The notes below the pieces were generated by a model. The model ran no database searches. It saw only the letters and a list, made by a program, of their open reading frames with translations, and had not been told where the DNA came from. The position numbers and the translations under genes were made by a program. A stretch of 64,000 bases of DNA from Cenarchaeum sp. (lineage in GTDB: Archaea; Thermoproteota; Nitrososphaeria; Nitrososphaerales; Nitrosopumilaceae): the NCBI GenBank assembly GCA_965242695.1, contig CBDESU010000002.1, positions 576,001 to 640,000 on the forward strand, given 5' to 3'. This document shows positions 58,783-64,000 of the stretch, in pieces (the first letter of the stretch is position 1; the number at the start of each line of letters is the position of its first letter).

Positions 58783-60348
58783 CTAGCCCCCGCGCGCCCC
58801 GGCCAGCCCGAACTCGTCGTGCAGCACGCGCACGGCCGACTCGCAGTCGGCATCCCTGACGACGAACGCCAGGTTGAGCTCGGACGATCCCTGCGTGATC
58901 ATCACCACGTTGATCCCCTCGCGCGCGATCGAGCCGAACACCTGCGAGGCGACGCCGACCGCCCCGCGCATCCCCGAGCCGATCAGGGCCACGACGGCCA
59001 CGCCCGGCGTGACCTCGACCTTCTTGATCATGCCGCCGAGCATGTCCCTCTCAAGGGCGGCCACGGCTCCGTCCATGTCGCGCCTGCTCACCACCATGCT
59101 TATGCTCGACTCGGACGGGTTCTGCGATATCATCGTAACATTGGCGCCCGCGCCGGCAAGGGTCGAGAATATCCTGGCCGCCGTCCCCGGCTCGCCGGCA
59201 AGCTCGTCGCCGCGCACGTCAATGAGCGCGCTGCCGCGCAGAGTGCTGATGCACTTGACGGGCCCCCCATTGGCGGCGGCCGCCGCGGCCGCGGCCGGGT
59301 CGGCCACGACGAGCGTCCCGCCCGGTTGCGCCGCGCCCGGCGGCCGCGCCCGGCCGGCGCCCGGCCGGGCTGCGCCGCGCCCCCTGCCGCCTCTGGGGCC
59401 GCCCGTCGAGGAGCTGCGCACGCGCATGGGTATGCCGCTGCCGAGGAGCGGCTCGAACGTGCGCGGGTGTATCTGCTTTGCGCCAAACATCGCCATCTCC
59501 ATGGCCTCCATGTACGAGACGGTCGGCAGGACGCGCGCGCCGGGCACGATCGACGGGTCTGCCGTCAAGAGGCCGTCGACCTCGCTCATCAGCCATATCT
59601 CGCCGGCGCCGATGCACGCGCCGACCGTCGTGGCCGTATAGTCCGAGCCGCCGCGGCCGAGGGTCGTCACGCGCCCGTGCTGGTCGGCCCCGACAAACCC
59701 GCCGACGACGGGCATCGTGCCGCCGTCAAGGAGCGGGCCGAGCGCCTTGGAGACGCGCAGCCGCGTCGTGTCCATGAGGAGGCGCGCCGAGCCAAAGTTC
59801 GAGTCCGTTACGATGCCGGCCTCGTTGCCGGCAAGGTGGACTGCCGCGGCGCCGGCGTCCCGCACCGCGTGCGCCATCGTCCTGGCCGAGAGCCTCTCGC
59901 CGAACGAGAGCAGGTAGTCCATCGAGCGCGGCGTGACCTCGCCTAGCAGCGACATGCCGTCGACGAGCTCGTGCAGGTCGGAAAAGTCGCGCTGCAGGCC
60001 GTCTAGCAGGCGCCGGCGCTCGGCGGCCCCCTTCACCGACTCGCGGGCAAGGCGCCGGCTGCGCGCGACTATCCTGGACGCGGCCTTTGCGGCGCCGGCG
60101 CGGTCGCCCCTGCGTATGCGCGCCGAGACGGCGATCAGCTCGTCGGTAATGCCGCTTGCCGCCGAGCACACCGCGACCACCTCGCCGGCGGCGCCGGACG
60201 CATCGGACGCAAGGAACGAGGCGGCCTCGCGCATGCGCGCCGGCGTGTCTATGGATGCGCCGCCGTACTTTACGACGAGCCTGCCGAGCGGCTTGTTTCC
60301 GCCGTCCGGCGCCGCCCGCCCCCGAGCCCCGCTGCCGCGTTGGCGCAA
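58783..60348 (-). CDS. lysC: aspartate kinase
   Basis: VVKYGGAS, SFGERLS, TTLGRGGSDYTA, two ACT domains. Confidence 0.95.
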   Translation of the reverse strand: MRQRGSGARGRAAPDGGNKPLGRLVVKYGGASIDTPARMREAASFLASDASGAAGEVVAVCSAASGITDELIAVSARIRRGDRAGAAKAASRIVARSRRLARESVKGAAERRRLLDGLQRDFSDLHELVDGMSLLGEVTPRSMDYLLSFGERLSARTMAHAVRDAGAAAVHLAGNEAGIVTDSNFGSARLLMDTTRLRVSKALGPLLDGGTMPVVGGFVGADQHGRVTTLGRGGSDYTATTVGACIGAGEIWLMSEVDGLLTADPSIVPGARVLPTVSYMEAMEMAMFGAKQIHPRTFEPLLGSGIPMRVRSSSTGGPRGGRGRGAARPGAGRARPPGAAQPGGTLVVADPAAAAAAAANGGPVKCISTLRGSALIDVRGDELAGEPGTAARIFSTLAGAGANVTMISQNPSESSISMVVSRRDMDGAVAALERDMLGGMIKKVEVTPGVAVVALIGSGMRGAVGVASQVFGSIAREGINVVMITQGSSELNLAFVVRDADCESAVRVLHDEFGLAGARGG

Positions 60349-60362
60349 CGGCGGCAGCCCCG

Positions 60363-61109
60363 CTAGTTCTCGACCCTGGGCGCCAGGTAAAAGTGGATGC
60401 GGCCCATGTTGGCGACCTTGAACTCGACACGCATCGGCTTCGAGGTGGAAAACTCGCAGACGATCGCGCCGACCGTGTTGCCGACCGCCTTGACCACCGG
60501 CGAGAGGTACTCTAGGCTGTACGTCCCCTCGCTGTCGTTCTTGACCGATATCTCCGTCAGGTCGTCGCTGTCCTTGGCCACCTCGATCGAGACCTCGCCC
60601 GTGTCACCCTTGCCCGAGAACACGGCGCCCTCCTCGCGCACCGACATCGACAGGTACTCGGCGACGACGCCGACGTCGCCGAGCACGCGCTCGAACGACT
60701 GCGCGGGAACCTCGATCCGCGCCTCGTACGGTATGCGCGGCAGCGGCGTGTCCGTCGCCGAGCTCTCGATGAGCCTGATCTTGTACTCCTTGTTGGCGCC
60801 GATCGTGACGAGCAGCTTGTTGTCGTCGGTTATGCTGATCCTGATGCTGTCCTTCTTGTCGGCGCGCTTTATGAGCTTCGAGACCTCCTCGATCCGCACG
60901 CCGAACTTTACGTCGCTGTCGCACTCGAACTTTTCAAACGCCGTGTTCGGCCACAGTATGTCGATGAGCGCCACGTGGGACGGGTCCATCCCCCTGAACG
61001 TGATTCCCTCCGAGGATGCGACGAACGTGGCCTCTTCGACGATCGTAGAGATGGCCGAGATGATCGCCTTTAGATCGTCCGACCCGCTCGTGGTAGCCTC
61101 AAAGACCAT
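60363..61109 (-). CDS. pcn: DNA polymerase sliding clamp PCNA
   Basis: GMDPSHVALI, YSLEYL, FYLAPRVE. Confidence 0.97.
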   Translation of the reverse strand: MVFEATTSGSDDLKAIISAISTIVEEATFVASSEGITFRGMDPSHVALIDILWPNTAFEKFECDSDVKFGVRIEEVSKLIKRADKKDSIRISITDDNKLLVTIGANKEYKIRLIESSATDTPLPRIPYEARIEVPAQSFERVLGDVGVVAEYLSMSVREEGAVFSGKGDTGEVSIEVAKDSDDLTEISVKNDSEGTYSLEYLSPVVKAVGNTVGAIVCEFSTSKPMRVEFKVANMGRIHFYLAPRVEN

Positions 61110-61207
61110 GCGCGCGGCCCGCTAGGGACGCAATAAAAGCATACCCTAGGGGGCCTGCGCGGGCCCTAGGCGCCCCAGGCCACGGCCGGCGGGCGGCGGA
61201 GGAGTGG

Positions 61208-61261
61208 GCGCGGGCCGGCAGGGCGCATGCGCGGGCCGGCAGGGCGCATGCGCGGGCCGGC
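61208..61261. repeat. 2.5 x 21-bp intergenic tandem repeat
   Basis: gcgcgggccggcagggcgcat repeated upstream of pcn. Confidence 0.85.
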
Positions 61262-61347
61262 GGGCGGCCCGGGGCGGGCAGGACTGGCTGCGCCGTGCGC
61301 ATGGAGGGGCGGCAGGCGCGTGTGATGGCAGAGGCCCGAGCGTGCGC

Positions 61348-62385
61348 TCAGTCTCCGCCGCCGCCCTCGGCCTTGGGCTGCGGCTGCGGCTGCGGCTGCG
61401 GCTGCGGCTGCGGCTGCGGCGCGGGGCCGATGATCGTGACCGTCTCGCCCGCAAGCGTCCTTGCCGGTATGACCACGCTCTCGTTGTCGTCCTTTGCCAG
61501 CACGATGTGCATCAGGTCGGCCGAGGTGATCACGCCCTCGTGCCCGCCGATGCGCACCCTCTGCCCGGCCCTCAGCACCGAGCGCCGCTCGGACGCCGAG
61601 TGGATCGCCGCCGGCAGTATGTCCTTGAGGGCAAAGCCGAGCCCGACGGCTATCGCCGCGCCGATGCCGACGGCGATGCTCCACGAGAACGCCGCGATCA
61701 GTATGGGTATGATCTGCTCGCCGATGCCGAGCTGCGTGAGGGCAATGGCCACGATGATCGCGTAGATGACGGCCTTTGCGCCGATCTTTACGTACCTCGA
61801 GCCGCCCAGGTCGGACTTTAGCAGCTCTTGGTCCAGCCACCTGCCGATAAAGCTCGCCACGATCAGCCCGATGACCAGGATCAGGATGAACGCGAGCAGG
61901 TTCGGCACCCACAGCCACAGGTCGGTCAGGGCCGACGACAGCTGCTCGAACTCGAGCGCGTTTATGGCCGCAATGACGAAGAACAGGTAGACGAACCACC
62001 GTATGCTCGCTGCAACGAGGCGGGCCGACTCTTTCTCGCCGGTCGCCTTTGCAATGACGCTGTCCTCGTCGACGTGGGCCCTGTGGAGGAGGCGGCCGGC
62101 GATCTTCTCGACGATGCGGCCGGCCACCTTGCCGGCCACGAGCCCGATGGCGAGCAGCACGGACGCCGCAATGATCTTTGGGCCCGCCTTTGCGACGTCG
62201 GTCAGGAACGCCGAGAGGGCCGCGGCGCCGGGCTCGTAGAGCGCGCTTGCAAAGTCGTCAAGGGTCGGCTCGCCGTGCCCCGCGGCGGCCGCGGGCGCGG
62301 CGAGGAGGGGGGCGATCGCCAAGGCCGCGGCGGCCAGCGCGGCGGCCGCGCGAAGGCGAGTCCGAGGGTGCGATGCGGATGCCAA
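61348..62385 (-). CDS. MscS/CmpX-like TM-helix-repeat membrane protein
   Basis: Multiple TMs, AVGLGFALKD, GQRVRIGG.EG.I; (GGCTGC)n encodes a PQ tail. Confidence 0.85.
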   Translation of the reverse strand: MASASHPRTRLRAAAALAAAALAIAPLLAAPAAAAGHGEPTLDDFASALYEPGAAALSAFLTDVAKAGPKIIAASVLLAIGLVAGKVAGRIVEKIAGRLLHRAHVDEDSVIAKATGEKESARLVAASIRWFVYLFFVIAAINALEFEQLSSALTDLWLWVPNLLAFILILVIGLIVASFIGRWLDQELLKSDLGGSRYVKIGAKAVIYAIIVAIALTQLGIGEQIIPILIAAFSWSIAVGIGAAIAVGLGFALKDILPAAIHSASERRSVLRAGQRVRIGGHEGVITSADLMHIVLAKDDNESVVIPARTLAGETVTIIGPAPQPQPQPQPQPQPQPKAEGGGGD

Positions 62386-62446
62386 CCAAACCGGCGCAGG
62401 CGGGCCCCTATATCATCCTACGGCCGGCGCAGCCCGGCCGCCGGGC

Positions 62447-62779
62447 CTATGCGTAGTTCCGCCAGGTGTAGCCGCACTTTGTGCACCGGTAGAACTGCGT
62501 AGTCGGCTCGTCGGCGCTGCGCGTCTGCAGCATCCACCATATGGCCTCGCCGTGCCCGCACTTTTCGCACTCGATCTCGATCGTCGGCATGGCGTCGCGC
62601 CCCTCGGACTCGCTCAGGACGTTGAAGTCGCCGACGGCCCCGTCCTGGGGGGCCTGCGAGGGGGCGGCAGAGGCGGCGCTGCGGCCCCCCCGGCCCTGGA
62701 CGTGGCCGCACTTTGGGCACTCTACGCGGTCGGCCGCCACCTTGCGCAGCCTCGTATCGCACTTTGGACAGAATTTCAT
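62447..62779 (-). CDS. tfs: transcription factor S (TFS/RpoM)
   Basis: MKFCPKC, CEKC, QTRSADEP..FYRCTKC. Confidence 0.95.
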   Translation of the reverse strand: MKFCPKCDTRLRKVAADRVECPKCGHVQGRGGRSAASAAPSQAPQDGAVGDFNVLSESEGRDAMPTIEIECEKCGHGEAIWWMLQTRSADEPTTQFYRCTKCGYTWRNYA

Positions 62780-63064
62780 CTAGTTTACCTTTATCTTGGA
62801 CTCGAGCATCTTGCGCAGGTCGGCCGTCGCCCCGATCGCCGACTCCGCCGCCGCCGCTATCCTTGCCAGCGGGTCGCCCTTTGACGAGCTGACGCGCAGC
62901 CATATCTCGTTGGTAAGCGGGTGCTTTACGATGACGCCGGCAAAGTCGTCCTTCTCGGCGCCCTTGAGCATCTCGTGCTGCACGGCGTAGAGCGTCCCGA
63001 TGTCGGCGTCCTTGATCGACAGGCTCGCCTGCTCGTCGGACATGCTCAGGATGCTCGCTTCCAC
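62780..63064 (-). CDS. rpoL: RNA polymerase subunit L (Rpo11)
   Basis: FAG..VKHPL motif; adjacent to tfs. Confidence 0.85.
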   Translation of the reverse strand: MEASILSMSDEQASLSIKDADIGTLYAVQHEMLKGAEKDDFAGVIVKHPLTNEIWLRVSSSKGDPLARIAAAAESAIGATADLRKMLESKIKVN

Positions 63065-63107
63065 GCGCCGAAAAAGAACTTATGTGGTTATAAAGGCTTG
63101 CGGGCCG

Positions 63108-63692
63108 TTGGAGGCGTCAGGCGTGGGGCTGGGCGGCGCGGGCGGCGCAAGCGCGATCGCGGCAGCGCAGCTGGCCCTGGACGGGGGCGGCGCGGTGGAG
63201 ACCGACGCCGGGGCGGCCGTGGCCGTCAGGGTCAGGTTCTCGCTGGCCGGCGCCGTGCGCGAGGCGTTCACCGAGGAGAACTGGACGCGCGCCTACGAGA
63301 AGTACGACAACACGCTCAAGATAAAGTACGGGGTGCGCCTGCAGGCCGGCGGCGCCCTCAAGCGGCGCACGATCGGCAGGGAGATCGACTCGTACCGCAA
63401 GGCCTCGATATTCTGGACGCGCAACCCAAAGCTGGTCAACCCCATGAAGGACAAGCGCGTGTGGGTGCAGGTGGCCAAGAACTTTAGGCCCGTCATACGG
63501 CTCACGGAGGAGGAGGTCAGGCAGGAGCTGTTCGACTTTGACGAGCGCATCGTCTTCAAGGCCGCCGAGCTCGGCGGCAGGGGAGGCGCGCATACGGTCT
63601 CGGCCGAGGTGCGCGCATCCTGGCAGAAGCACGACTACATAGGGGCGGGCAGCGCAAAGGCGCGCACGCCCGAGCTGTCCGTCGAGGTCTAG
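63108..63692 (+). CDS. conserved hypothetical protein
   Basis: Globular ORF divergent from rpoL; TTATAAA promoter at ~63088. Confidence 0.75.
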   Translation: MEASGVGLGGAGGASAIAAAQLALDGGGAVETDAGAAVAVRVRFSLAGAVREAFTEENWTRAYEKYDNTLKIKYGVRLQAGGALKRRTIGREIDSYRKASIFWTRNPKLVNPMKDKRVWVQVAKNFRPVIRLTEEEVRQELFDFDERIVFKAAELGGRGGAHTVSAEVRASWQKHDYIGAGSAKARTPELSVEV

Positions 63693-63877
63693 CGGCCGCC
63701 GGCGCGGGCGCCCTGCTTGCCTGGGGAGGACGAGGCGAGCGCCCTCGTGAGCAGGTCGGTCACGGCCGCCGAGCGGCTCCTGGCGCCGCTCTTCTCGGCG
63801 TACCGCTCGATCTCGTCTATGACCTCGAAGGGGAGGGTGAACGACATCTTGCGCCTTGTGACGGGGCCTCTCGACAC
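63689..63877 (-). CDS. ribbon-helix-helix (CopG) protein
   Basis: MSFTLP..VIDEIE..SRSAAVTDLL. Confidence 0.75.
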   Translation of the reverse strand: MSRGPVTRRKMSFTLPFEVIDEIERYAEKSGARSRSAAVTDLLTRALASSSPGKQGARAGGR

Positions 63878-64000
63878 GGCCCGCGGGCGAAGGGGGCACA
63901 CTATAAGCGTGGCGGCGCGGGCCGTCCCGCGGATGCGCCGGCGCCGTCCCGCCGGCAAGTGCATCGGCGCCGGTTGCCAGGCGCCCCAAATTTGGCAGCC

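Noticed and set aside
59270-59410. Gly/Arg/Ala-rich insertion in aspartate kinase as an intein or mobile insert
   Set aside because: Short low-complexity linker with no intein motifs; similar expansions occur throughout this genome.
1-64000. Hundreds of long overlapping Arg/Gly/Pro/Ala-rich ORFs (e.g. 40387-43056 +, 6907-8649 +, 51416-53209 +)
   Set aside because: Shadow ORFs caused by high GC; they overlap genes with recognisable motifs in other frames.

Overview
GC-rich archaeal DNA, most consistent with a Nitrosopumilaceae (Thaumarchaeota) genome; this is inferred from the PCNA/TFS/RpoL/archaeal TyrRS/CobJ gene set and from TATA boxes ~25 nt upstream of leaderless starts. Bases ~1-47.9 kb form a large accessory defence/toxin-antitoxin island. 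It holds three XRE-ImmA/IrrE peptidases (two paired with DUF4411 PIN), two DUF5131 radical SAM proteins, a HipA-like kinase with two DUF3037 genes, three YwgA/SocA-like wHTH proteins, two HNH nucleases, an AAA ATPase with a truncated S8 protease (ietAS-like), a GHKL ATPase, an SRA-like protein, an extra NurA-HerA pair, three TPR proteins, and PfkB/SIS/GT4 enzymes. The most unusual elements are a DUF2604-type ubiquitin-like domain fused to a Schlafen/AlbA_2 domain, an E2-family-E protein, and an Mrr-N HTH fused to a nucleotide-cyclase-like domain. The cyclase gene is split by an ISH3-like IS (20-bp TIRs, 5-bp TSD). Bases 48-51.5 kb are a nucleotide-sugar operon, followed by a complete IS66-like element, then core genes. 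Several island genes carry single-base deletions or a premature stop. No rRNA, tRNA, cas or integrase genes were seen. All family assignments are by motif recognition, not database search.
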